Below are positions 39,870-48,467 of a stretch of DNA of 64,000 nt, piece after piece (position 1 is the first letter of the stretch; each line of letters starts with the position of its first letter). The stretch is taken from NCBI GenBank assembly GCA_963664825.1, contig OY761614.1, positions 2,368,001 through 2,432,000 of the forward strand, in the 5' to 3' direction. The translations under genes were made by a program, and so were the position numbers. The stretch is from an uncultured Holophaga sp. (lineage in GTDB: Bacteria > Acidobacteriota > Holophagae > Holophagales > Holophagaceae). The notes beneath the pieces were generated by a model. That model was given only the letters and a program-made list of their open reading frames with translations, made no database searches and was not told the DNA's origin.

Positions 39870-40742
39870 ATGCATATCCTCATAGCCGATGCTTTCGACG
39901 CGAAGTTGCCGGAACGTCTCGCCCCTTTCGGTAAGGTTTCCAGCGATATGGCCACCCTGGGTGAGGCCGAGGTCCTGCTGGTGCGCTCCAAGACCAAGGT
40001 GAACGCCGATCTGGTGGCCAAGGCCCCCAAGCTCAAGCTCGTCATCCGCGGCGGCGTGGGCATGGACAACGTGGACAAGAAGCTCTGCGGCGAAAAGGGC
40101 ATCAAGGCCGTCAATACCCCCAAGGCCTCCAGTGTGGCCGTGGCGGAAATGGCCATGGCCTTCATGGTCGCCATCCCGGCCCGCCTCTTGGAGGCCCACA
40201 TTTCCATGAAGGAGGGCAAGTTCCTCAAGAGCGAACTGAAGCGCACGGAACTCTTCCATAAGACCCTGGGCCTCATCGGCGCCGGCGCCATCGCGACGGA
40301 AGTGGCCAAGCGCGCCCAGGCCTTCGGCATGGAGGTGATCGCCTTCGATCCCTTCCTCAAGGCGCATCCCATCGCCAAGCTCGTGAGCCTGGATGAACTG
40401 GCCGCCAAGGCCGATGTCATCAGCATGCACACGCCCCTCACCGACGAGACCAAGGGCATGGTGAACGCCGGCCTCCTCGCCAAGATGAAGGATGGCGTGA
40501 TGATCATCAACACGGGCCGCGGCAAGTGCGTGGTGGAAGAGGACCTGGTGGCCGCCCTCAAGAGCGGCAAGGTGAAGGCCTATGGCACGGACGTGTGGCC
40601 CAGTGACCCGCCCCCGGCGGAATGCCCCCTCCTCAGCGCCCCCAACGTCTTCATGTCGCCCCATCTCGGCGCCAGTTCCAAGGAGAACCTGGGCCGCATC
40701 GGCGACGAGGTCGTGGCGATCCTTTCGAACTTCAAGGCCTGA
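39870..40742 (+). CDS. serA: D-3-phosphoglycerate dehydrogenase, short form without ACT domain
   Basis: LVRSKTKV, RGGVGMDNVD, GLIGAGAIA, INTGRG, SPHLGASSKE; directly upstream of serC. Confidence 0.85.
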   Translation: MHILIADAFDAKLPERLAPFGKVSSDMATLGEAEVLLVRSKTKVNADLVAKAPKLKLVIRGGVGMDNVDKKLCGEKGIKAVNTPKASSVAVAEMAMAFMVAIPARLLEAHISMKEGKFLKSELKRTELFHKTLGLIGAGAIATEVAKRAQAFGMEVIAFDPFLKAHPIAKLVSLDELAAKADVISMHTPLTDETKGMVNAGLLAKMKDGVMIINTGRGKCVVEEDLVAALKSGKVKAYGTDVWPSDPPPAECPLLSAPNVFMSPHLGASSKENLGRIGDEVVAILSNFKA

Positions 40743-40763
40743 TCGATTTTTTTGGAGATTTCC

Positions 40764-41864
40764 ATGACACATCGCGTGATCAACTTCTACGCCGGCCCCG
40801 CCGGCCTTCCCCTTCCTGCGCTGGAACGCGCCCAGGAGGAGCTCCTGGATTTTGCCGGCACCGGCATGTCCGTCATGGAGGTCAGCCACCGTTCCAAGGA
40901 ATATGACGCTGTGCACGAGGAGGCCATCTCCCTCACCAAGGAACTGATGGGCATCCCCGCCAACTACAAGGTGCTGCTGCTCCAGGGCGGCGCGCATCTC
41001 TCCTTCGGCATGATCCCCCTCAACCTGTTGCGGGGCGGCCGCAAGGCCGACTACATCCTTACGGGCAACTGGGCCGAGAAGGCCTACAAGGAAGCCAAGC
41101 TGGTGGGCGGGGACAACGTCCGCGTGGCCGCCTCCACCAAGGATGAGAAGTTCGCCCGCCTGCCCAAGGCCTCCGAACTCAAGATCGGCAAGGACTCCTC
41201 CTTCGTGCACTTCACTTCCAATAACACAGTGGAAGGCACCCAGTGGAAGGACTTCCCCAAGACCGATGGCGTGCCCTACATCTGCGACATGAGCTCGGAC
41301 ATCATGTGGCGCCCCTTCGATGTCAATCCCTTCGGCCTCATCTACGCCGGTGCCCAGAAGAACCTCGGGCCCTCGGGGGTCACCCTTACCATCGTGCGCG
41401 AGGACTTCCTGGAGATGTGCGAAGCCCAGGATCTGCCCAGCTATCTCCGGTTCAAGATCCACGCCGAGAAGAACAGCCTCTACAACACGCCTCCCACCTT
41501 CGGCATCTACATCCTGCGGAACGTGCTGGCCTACAACAAGAGCATCGGCGGCCTGAAGGCCATCGAGGCCAATAACCGCAAGAAGGGCGAGCTGCTCTAC
41601 GGCTGCATCGATAAGCATGCGGGCTTCTTCAAACCCTTCGTCACCGAGAAGGCCGACCGCTCGCTGATGAACGTGGATTTCTTCCTCCCCACCGAGGAAC
41701 TCACCGCCACCTTCGTGAGTGAAGCCAAGAAGGCTGGCATGGTGGGCCTCAAGGGCTACCGCGATATCGGCGGCATTCGCGTCTCCACCTACAACGCCGT
41801 GAGCGTGAAGGATGTGGAGACCCTGGTCTCCTTCATGGAGAGCTTCGTGAAGAAGAACGGCTGA
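40764..41864 (+). CDS. serC: Phosphoserine aminotransferase
   Basis: NFYAGPAGLP, SVMEVSHRS, DMSSD, YAGAQKNLGPSG, YNTPP, GGIRVSTYNA. Confidence 0.97.
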   Translation: MTHRVINFYAGPAGLPLPALERAQEELLDFAGTGMSVMEVSHRSKEYDAVHEEAISLTKELMGIPANYKVLLLQGGAHLSFGMIPLNLLRGGRKADYILTGNWAEKAYKEAKLVGGDNVRVAASTKDEKFARLPKASELKIGKDSSFVHFTSNNTVEGTQWKDFPKTDGVPYICDMSSDIMWRPFDVNPFGLIYAGAQKNLGPSGVTLTIVREDFLEMCEAQDLPSYLRFKIHAEKNSLYNTPPTFGIYILRNVLAYNKSIGGLKAIEANNRKKGELLYGCIDKHAGFFKPFVTEKADRSLMNVDFFLPTEELTATFVSEAKKAGMVGLKGYRDIGGIRVSTYNAVSVKDVETLVSFMESFVKKNG

Positions 41865-41881
41865 TCCTGCTGCTCTGTCCC

Positions 41882-41916
41882 GGGACGGCGCCCCATGCGG
41901 GCGCCGTCCCTTTTTT
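41882..41916 (+). terminator. Intrinsic terminator of the serine cluster
   Basis: GGGACGGCGCCC...GGGCGCCGTCCC followed by TTTTTT. Confidence 0.92.
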
Positions 41917-42048
41917 GGATTCAGGCGGGTGAAGGTGTTCGTAAGCACAACCTCGCCCGGTCCCATCCAGGCTTAGGTCATCAGCCATGGGGGCTGGACC
42001 CGGCCTCCCGCGGCCGCCCGGCCATGACCGATGCGTTTCGGGCTGCCC

Positions 42049-42646
42049 TTATTCGCCGTCGCACGAGTGGCGAGGCTGTTGACCCTCTGCCTGTTCCTTG
42101 GGTCCGGAAGCCAGTTCGTGGAGATTCACGATGTAATGGATGTAATCCACATAGGCCGCCACGAACTTCCGGCCCAGCTCAGGATTTTTGTCTCGGTCCA
42201 GCCTTGCCTTCTGAACAGCCTCGAGCCTCCGGCGGAGTCCGTTGTGCATCTCTTTCAGGATGAGATCCTGGACCGGCTTCATGTCGCCAGTGTCCATGGC
42301 CTTGTCGCCGACCGGGATGGTCGCGTCCAGCGGGCTTGAGGCCGGTGTAGGCCGCCCCCTCACTGGCGCGGTGAAGCCTGACCAGGGTCTCGAAGAAGAA
42401 CTGTTCGGCCAGCTTCTGAGCATCCCCTCCCAGCTTCCGAACCTCCTGTGCCTTCACGTACGCTTCACGGACGGCCCCCTCGTCTGACTTACGGACCCAG
42501 AGCAGGGCCAGGTCCACATTGTTCTGGGCAAAGGCGCGCTTCGCGTCCGTCACGACGGGGCCATCGATTCCATCGCAGTGGGCCATGGCGAGAGTCGAGC
42601 ACAATGCCCACAAAGCGGTGGTACGTATCAAGGTTGAGAAAGGCAT
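42049..42646 (-). pseudogene. DUF6448-like exported protein gene with a frameshift near 42320
   Basis: AHCDGIDGPVV...FFFETLVRLHRASEGAAYTGLKPAGRD in one frame continues as IPVGDKA...GRKFVAAYVDYIHY in another. Confidence 0.8.
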
Positions 42647-42741
42647 GGAGCCTCCTAAATGGGGCAGCCAGAATTGGACTGCCCCGTTAGACTCGTCCTT
42701 TGGATCGATTCCGCCATCCATTGGATGGCCGAAAGCACGGA

Positions 42742-43290
42742 ATGATCATGCCCAAAGCATCTTTCGACATTGATCCAACACATGATGGATGGCCCTCTCA
42801 CAGGGTCGGTGGACTGGTGCTTCTGGTGATCGGTGCCGTCCTCGCGGACCTCATCACCGATCGGTTCTCCTGCGGTAGTGATGCGAGACAACTCCTGACA
42901 AAGGGGCTCTGCACGCTTCTGGCTATCGTCGGAGCATGCTGGATCTACCTCTTCCTGCGTTCCCGGTCCCGTCTCGTCCAGTGCCTCACGTCCAATCTTG
43001 GAATGGCTCAGGCCGAAGCCGATCGCTGGAGATCTGAAAGCCAGGCGATGGCCTCCGGCCTAGCGGGCGCCATCGACACGCAGTTCTCGCGTTGGGATCT
43101 GTCCACCGCCGAACGCGAAGTTGCCCTACTGCTCCTCAAGGGGCTTAGCACACGTGAGGTCGCGGCCCTGCGGCAAACGAAAGAAGCCACGGTGCGTCAG
43201 CAATCCCAGTCTGTGTATCGAAAGGCCGGATTGAGTGGCAGAGCAGATCTCGCCGCCTTTTTCCTCGAAGATCTGTTGGCGCCACGCTGA
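42742..43290 (+). CDS. Membrane-anchored LuxR-type HTH regulator
   Basis: Two N-terminal TM helices; QFSRWDLSTAEREVALLLLKGLSTREVAALRQTKEATVRQQSQSVYRKAG. Confidence 0.85.
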   Translation: MIMPKASFDIDPTHDGWPSHRVGGLVLLVIGAVLADLITDRFSCGSDARQLLTKGLCTLLAIVGACWIYLFLRSRSRLVQCLTSNLGMAQAEADRWRSESQAMASGLAGAIDTQFSRWDLSTAEREVALLLLKGLSTREVAALRQTKEATVRQQSQSVYRKAGLSGRADLAAFFLEDLLAPR

Positions 43291-43542
43291 CTCCAGCGGG
43301 TTGTCCCCTTCTCTGACGGCTATGAGCGCGGGGTACCCACGCTCGCGTTCTCGGCAAACCCAAGATGCCTTAAGGGCCCCCTGCCTGCTTCTTTACTTAG
43401 AATTCGTGAAGAGCCCTTTTGACTCCGGGCTGGGCGTGCGGCTGAGGTCGGGGGTGATAGGATGGAGATCCAACGCAGAGGCTGAAGCACGGAAAAGGGC
43501 TCCTCCTGCACGCGCATGAAATGAAGGATATGGGGGTAGCAG

Positions 43543-43761
43543 ATGGCAAGGGTCAATTACGCACACGGCAAGCGGCAGCGGGAAATCGCGAACAAGGCCA
43601 AGCGGGAAGAGAAGCTTCAGCGCAAGGCCGAGCGCAGTGCCCAGGGGCAGGGTGGCGCCGAGGGTGAGCCCGAGCCCGAGGGCTTGGAGACGGTGGTAGC
43701 CCCCGGAGAAGAGGCGGGCATTACCCCTGGGGCATCCGCCGAGCCCCCTGCCCAGGACTGA
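43543..43761 (+). CDS. Small protein with basic N-terminus and acidic C-terminus
   Basis: MARVNYAHGKRQREIANKAKREEKLQRK; host-like codon usage. Confidence 0.7.
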   Translation: MARVNYAHGKRQREIANKAKREEKLQRKAERSAQGQGGAEGEPEPEGLETVVAPGEEAGITPGASAEPPAQD

Positions 43762-43826
43762 AGACTTCCTTTCCTTCGGACCCGTCCCTTGGGCCGGCTC
43801 TCGCGGGGTCTTCCAGGGGAGAACCC

Positions 43827-44291
43827 ATGAAACGTTTTCGTCTCGTTCTGGCGATGTACTGTGCGGGTGTGGCTCTTGCTGCGGCGGGCGTCCAGCACTA
43901 CGGTCAGCCTTTGAAGCTCAAGGAGGAGACCAAGATCTCCGCGATTCTCGCCCACCCGGAGCAGTTCCGGGGCAAACGGGTGCGTGTGCGGGGTTTGGTG
44001 ACGGATGTCTGTCCGAAGGTCGGGTGCTACCTGAAACTCAAGGGCGACCAGAAGTTCCAGGAACTGATGTTCAAGGTGGACGAGGGCGTCATCGTCTTCC
44101 CCGGGAGCGCGAGGGGCTCCGAGGCTCTCGTCGAGGGGGTCGTCTCCATGAGGACCTTCAGTGAGCAAGAGCAGCGGGAGATGTGCCCCATCGAGGCCAA
44201 GGCCCTGAACCGCAAGTTCGATCCTTCCAAGATCCAGGGCCCGCTGAAGGTGTTCCGGATCGATGGCCTCGGCGCCGATATCAAATCCTGA
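43827..44291 (+). CDS. DUF4920-like exported OB-fold protein
   Basis: Signal peptide, VRGLVTDVCPKVGC, terminal RIDGLGA. Confidence 0.75.
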   Translation: MKRFRLVLAMYCAGVALAAAGVQHYGQPLKLKEETKISAILAHPEQFRGKRVRVRGLVTDVCPKVGCYLKLKGDQKFQELMFKVDEGVIVFPGSARGSEALVEGVVSMRTFSEQEQREMCPIEAKALNRKFDPSKIQGPLKVFRIDGLGADIKS

Positions 44292-44298
44292 GACGCCC

Positions 44299-44877
44299 AT
44301 GAATTCTGGAACGCGCATCCCCTGGCGAAGCTGGAACGCCGCCCTGCACCGGGACCTGGGTTACCTGGTGGCGGGCCTGATCCTCGTCTATGCCATCTCG
44401 GGCCTGGCGGTGAACCACAAGGCCCAGTGGAACCCACACCAGCGCCATGTCGTGAGGACCTACGAGATCGGCTCACTGGACAAGGCTTTGCCTGAGGACC
44501 AGCTGACGGCTCAGATCCTCCTGCGCCTTCGGGTCGGGGCTCGCCCCAAATCCGCCTTCCAGCCCGACGAGGACACCCTCGAGATCTACATGCCGGAGGG
44601 AAAGTACGCCGTGGACCTCCCCACCGGCAAGGTGATCTTCGAGGGAAATCAGCCCAGGCCCGTGCTGGCGACCCTGAACAGCATGCACCTCAACGCGGCC
44701 AAGGGGCTCTGGACCTGGATCGCGGACGCCTTCGCCCTCTCCCTGATCGCGCTTGCGATCACGGGGCTCTTCCTCCTGAAGGGACCCAAGGGGATCACAG
44801 GACGGGGCGCCTGGCTCACCCTCCTCGGATGTGCCATCCCGACGGGGTATTGGATTTTGTGGGCCTTGGCCCGCTGA
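44299..44877 (+). CDS. PepSY-associated TM helix protein
   Basis: LHRDLGYLVAGLILVYAISGLAVNH, LNSMHLN, WTWIADAF, ITGLFL. Confidence 0.85.
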   Translation: MNSGTRIPWRSWNAALHRDLGYLVAGLILVYAISGLAVNHKAQWNPHQRHVVRTYEIGSLDKALPEDQLTAQILLRLRVGARPKSAFQPDEDTLEIYMPEGKYAVDLPTGKVIFEGNQPRPVLATLNSMHLNAAKGLWTWIADAFALSLIALAITGLFLLKGPKGITGRGAWLTLLGCAIPTGYWILWALAR

Positions 44878-44884
44878 GCTGGAC

Positions 44885-45451
44885 ATGGCCTCGTACTGCA
44901 GGTTCGTGAGCGAGCATCCCGAGCAGCGGCTCCATCGCGCCTACCATGACACTCATTACGGCTTCCCGCTGAAGGACGATGCGGCGCTTTTCGGGCGGCT
45001 GGTGCTGGAAATCAATCAGGCCGGCCTCTCCTGGAACACGATCCTGAACAAGCAGGAGGCCTTCCACCGCGCCTACGATGGCTTCGATATCGCCACCGTC
45101 GCCAAGTATGGCGAGGCGGAGCGGGGGCGGCTTTTGAGCGATGCAGGCATCATCCGCAACCGCCTGAAGATCAACGCCGCCATCGAGAACGCCCGCCGCA
45201 TTTTGGCCCTGGGGGCCGAGTTCGGCAGCTTCCAGGGCTGGCTCAACGCCCATCACCCCGGCGATCTGGAGGCCTGGACCCAGCTCTTTAAGCGGACCTT
45301 CCTGTTTACCGGTGGGGAGATCGTGAAGGAATTCTTGATGAGCACGGGCTACCTGCCCGGGGCCCATGACCAGGATTGTCTGATCTATGCCGAGATCCAA
45401 GCCCTCGGCGCACCCTGGATGCATGGGAACCAGGGCCTCGATGGTCGCTAG
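44885..45451 (+). CDS. tag: DNA-3-methyladenine glycosylase I
   Basis: YHDTHYG, LVLEINQAGLSWNTIL, GIIRNRLKI, FLMSTGYLPGAHDQDC. Confidence 0.92.
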   Translation: MASYCRFVSEHPEQRLHRAYHDTHYGFPLKDDAALFGRLVLEINQAGLSWNTILNKQEAFHRAYDGFDIATVAKYGEAERGRLLSDAGIIRNRLKINAAIENARRILALGAEFGSFQGWLNAHHPGDLEAWTQLFKRTFLFTGGEIVKEFLMSTGYLPGAHDQDCLIYAEIQALGAPWMHGNQGLDGR

Positions 45452-45568
45452 TCTCAAGCGGCAAAGAAGGCCACCCTTGGCCTTGAAAGTCCATTTCTTC
45501 CGCTGCGGGGCCTCTTGTGTCTGGGCGCACCAGGCCTACCCTTGGGTACACCTTTCAGGCAGGCTCCC

Positions 45569-45772
45569 ATGAAACCAAAGCATGCAGACGCGAAGGTTCC
45601 CCCGTGTCCAACCGGCAGGACTAAGCCGAGAGTGGCCTCTGCGAGCGTCGGGGCGGTATGCCCTGAAAGGCGCAGGACCGACAATACGCCGGAGGTCATG
45701 GCGGCGCTGGAGGCCCGGATGGAGGCCTTCGGGCAGGAGATCCGCAAGCACAACACCCGAAGGAAAGCTTGA
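45569..45772 (+). CDS. Small hypothetical protein
   Basis: 67-aa ORF (MKPKHAD...CPERRRTD...KHNTRRKA); weak RBS. Confidence 0.4.
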   Translation: MKPKHADAKVPPCPTGRTKPRVASASVGAVCPERRRTDNTPEVMAALEARMEAFGQEIRKHNTRRKA

Positions 45773-45905
45773 ACGGCGCTCCTGGCTTCCGGTCTGCGGC
45801 ATCGGCCCTTGGGCTGAGCCCTTCTTGGGCATGCTGATGTCCTGAACCTTCTGCCCCGACAGGGCACTTCAAGAGGACTACTGTCGCTTTCCTGGGAGGC
45901 TACAC

Positions 45906-46031
45906 ATGAGCCTGTTCATGGGCATGTTGCTTGTTCTCGGAATGATGATCCTGATTTTCCTGGGACCCGAATGGATCGCGGCGTTCACCCATGAAGTCCG
46001 AGGCTTCAAGAAGGCCGGTCCGCATTCCTGA
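45906..46031 (+). CDS. 41-aa TatA/E-like membrane microprotein
   Basis: GGGAGG RBS; MSLFMGMLLVLGMMILIFLGPEWIAAFTHEVRGFKKAGPHS (TM, GP hinge, amphipathic RGFKKA). Confidence 0.6.
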   Translation: MSLFMGMLLVLGMMILIFLGPEWIAAFTHEVRGFKKAGPHS

Positions 46032-46065
46032 GGTCCATTTCCCCACGCGTCCCATCCGCCCTCTA

Positions 46066-48060
46066 TCAGTGGGCGGCGCCTCGTTGGGGGCTAGGCTTTA
46101 GATACGCTGGGACTGCCAAGCGGCCCTGCTTGAAGGCATGGGCGGTGGTCTGGTAGTAGGCGATGGCTTCGTCCCGCAGTTCGGGATTGACGGGGATGGG
46201 CGTTTGTTCCGCCGAGACGGGATCGACACTGTAGGCCTCCACCCGTCGTTTGGGCAGGAGAATGGTCAGGGTTCCGTTCTTCAAATAACCGAGCGCTTGA
46301 TAATTGCTGATGAATGCAGGCCGAGATGTTGGTTTCTGGTCAAAAAAGGAGCGGCCGAAGAAAGCCTCGTCGCCCGGGACTCCCAGGATCTCCAACAGGG
46401 TGGGGGGCAGATCCAACTGGCTGATCAGGCCGTCATGAGAACCTCGCTTCAGGAGATCGGGTCCGTACCAGATCATGGGTATCCTGTATTTATCAATGGG
46501 CAGCCGGGTCTTGCCCGCGACGGAAGCGCAGTGATCCGCGGTGATGACGAACAGGGTGTCCTTGAACCAGGGCTCCCGGCGCGCGGCTTCCACGAACTGG
46601 CCGATGGCATAATCCGTATATTTCACACCGCCACCCCGGCCTCCGGGCGAGGGAATGTCGATCCTTCCATCCGGATAGGTGAAGGGCCTGTGATTGGAGG
46701 TCGTCATGAGGTGGGCAAACACCCGTCGGCCTCCCGCGGTGGCGTGGTTCATGGCCGTGATCGCGTTGGCAAAGAGGGATTCGTCCGCTACGCCCCATAC
46801 GTTTTCGCAGACCACGGAGGCTTTGGGGAAATCCCTGCGATCGATGACTCGGTAGCTGTTGCCTGAAAAATACGCGTTCATGTTGTCGAAGTAGCCGTAG
46901 CCGCCGTAGATGAAGAGCGATTCAAAGCCCTGCATTTTGAGGACCTCCCCAAGGGTGGAGAGATGCTCGTTATGGGGCCTGCGCAGGATGGCTTGGCCGG
47001 GGATGGGCGGTGTGCCGAGGGAGAGGGCTTCCAACCCCCGCACGGTCCTGGTGCCCGTGGCGTAAACCTCTGGAAATCGGTATCCTTCCGAGGAAAGGCG
47101 GTCCAGGTTGGGAGTCAGATGCCGGGTTCCGCCGTAGCTGTCCAGGTATTCGGCGGAGAGGCTTTCGACCGAGATCAGGATCACGTTCCTGGGGGATCGC
47201 GTGAGGGGGCCCATCGGCTCATCGCCCCCGCTGGCCTGGGGATGCAGCGCCTCGGACAAGGGAACACGCTTCACATCTAGGCGCTGCAGGATGCGGTCCG
47301 CCTGGGGCTGGGGCAGGGTGGCGTAGAACCGGTCATAGTCCAGTTCGTTGCGGCGCATGGCGGCCGCGAAGGTCATCAATCCATTGCCTGAGAGTTCGTC
47401 TGCAAACGCATTGCCCGAGCCGTACATGTGGTCGATATTTCCGCATAGGAAGGCCAGGCACGGAATGCAAATGGCTAAAAGAACCCGCGAGCCCCGTTGG
47501 CGCCATGAGGCTGGAGGGGTCCTGCCGAGGCGTTTCGATAACCAGGCCGCGGGGACCATGGCTGCCAGTGCCAGTCCGGAGAGGATCCAGAAGATGGGAT
47601 AGGATTCCCGGATGTTCTCGATGACCTCATGGGTATACAGGAGATAGTCGACGGCGATGAAATTGAAGCGGGTCGAGAATTCCAGCCAGAAGGTGATCTC
47701 CGAGACCGCCCCGAGAAGCAGCAGGAAGGACAGCACCCAGCCTCCGCAAAATCCCAGAGCCCGGCCGGTGCGCCCGGCACAAAACCGGGCGGGCAGCAGC
47801 GCACTCAGAAGGATGAAGGGGGAAATGATCGTGAGGGATACCAGCGCATCGAACCAGACTCCCCGTAGGAAGAGGCGCGGCCAATGAGAGATGGGCACAT
47901 TCGATAGGCCAGACATCACGAGCAGGACGATCCGCGTGAGGGTGAACAGCGCCAACAGAAGCGCCCCCATGGACAGATAGTTGCGCAAACAGGAAGGCTT
48001 TGAGGAAGGAGATTCGGGCATCCGTGAACTCATTTGCGTCAGATTCTCCATAGGCTTCAT
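46066..48060 (-). CDS. LTA synthase family sulfatase/phosphoglycerol transferase
   Basis: N-terminal TM helices, NVILISVESLS, ATGTRTVRGLEA, TTSNHRPF, ITADH; start codon uncertain. Confidence 0.88.
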   Translation of the reverse strand: MKPMENLTQMSSRMPESPSSKPSCLRNYLSMGALLLALFTLTRIVLLVMSGLSNVPISHWPRLFLRGVWFDALVSLTIISPFILLSALLPARFCAGRTGRALGFCGGWVLSFLLLLGAVSEITFWLEFSTRFNFIAVDYLLYTHEVIENIRESYPIFWILSGLALAAMVPAAWLSKRLGRTPPASWRQRGSRVLLAICIPCLAFLCGNIDHMYGSGNAFADELSGNGLMTFAAAMRRNELDYDRFYATLPQPQADRILQRLDVKRVPLSEALHPQASGGDEPMGPLTRSPRNVILISVESLSAEYLDSYGGTRHLTPNLDRLSSEGYRFPEVYATGTRTVRGLEALSLGTPPIPGQAILRRPHNEHLSTLGEVLKMQGFESLFIYGGYGYFDNMNAYFSGNSYRVIDRRDFPKASVVCENVWGVADESLFANAITAMNHATAGGRRVFAHLMTTSNHRPFTYPDGRIDIPSPGGRGGGVKYTDYAIGQFVEAARREPWFKDTLFVITADHCASVAGKTRLPIDKYRIPMIWYGPDLLKRGSHDGLISQLDLPPTLLEILGVPGDEAFFGRSFFDQKPTSRPAFISNYQALGYLKNGTLTILLPKRRVEAYSVDPVSAEQTPIPVNPELRDEAIAYYQTTAHAFKQGRLAVPAYLKPSPQRGAAH

Positions 48061-48356
48061 GTCACGAAGGTTGTTGAAATCCACTGAAGGTTGGCAATTC
48101 CATGATCTTGATAACGTTTGAACGATGTGCCTGGACATGGCTGGCCGCCTAGTCTCGCGGGATCAGTCCGTGGCGGCTATCAGATGGTTGGTTTCTCGCC
48201 GTGGTCACACCCTGGATCCGGTTGGCCCCCATGGCTCCGGGTGGAGTCTTGTTAATTTAACCCGTTAGCGCGGGTAAATACAGTCGGCCGTGCCTCGGGG
48301 GGGCTCGGACAATGTCTCATAAAACACCAAGCACCCTGGGTACAGGGCTCCGGAGC

Positions 48357-48374
48357 GTGTGATTCTGTTCACTT
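48357..48374. promoter_or_regulatory. Candidate Rex or CRP/FNR-family operator upstream of rex-hyd
   Basis: GTGTGATTCTGTTCACTT; TTGACC -35-like hexamer at 48389. Confidence 0.45.
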
Positions 48375-48467
48375 CCCCCGGGAAAGGCTTGACCTGCGGG
48401 CGAACTCATTCAAGAATTTTCTATCGAGATCGAATTCTCGACCCATCCCCACCGGCCGGAGGCAACC

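Noticed and set aside
48249..48262. TTGTTAATTTAAC as a Rex box
   Set aside because: Half-site spacing is 1 nt rather than the 4 nt expected
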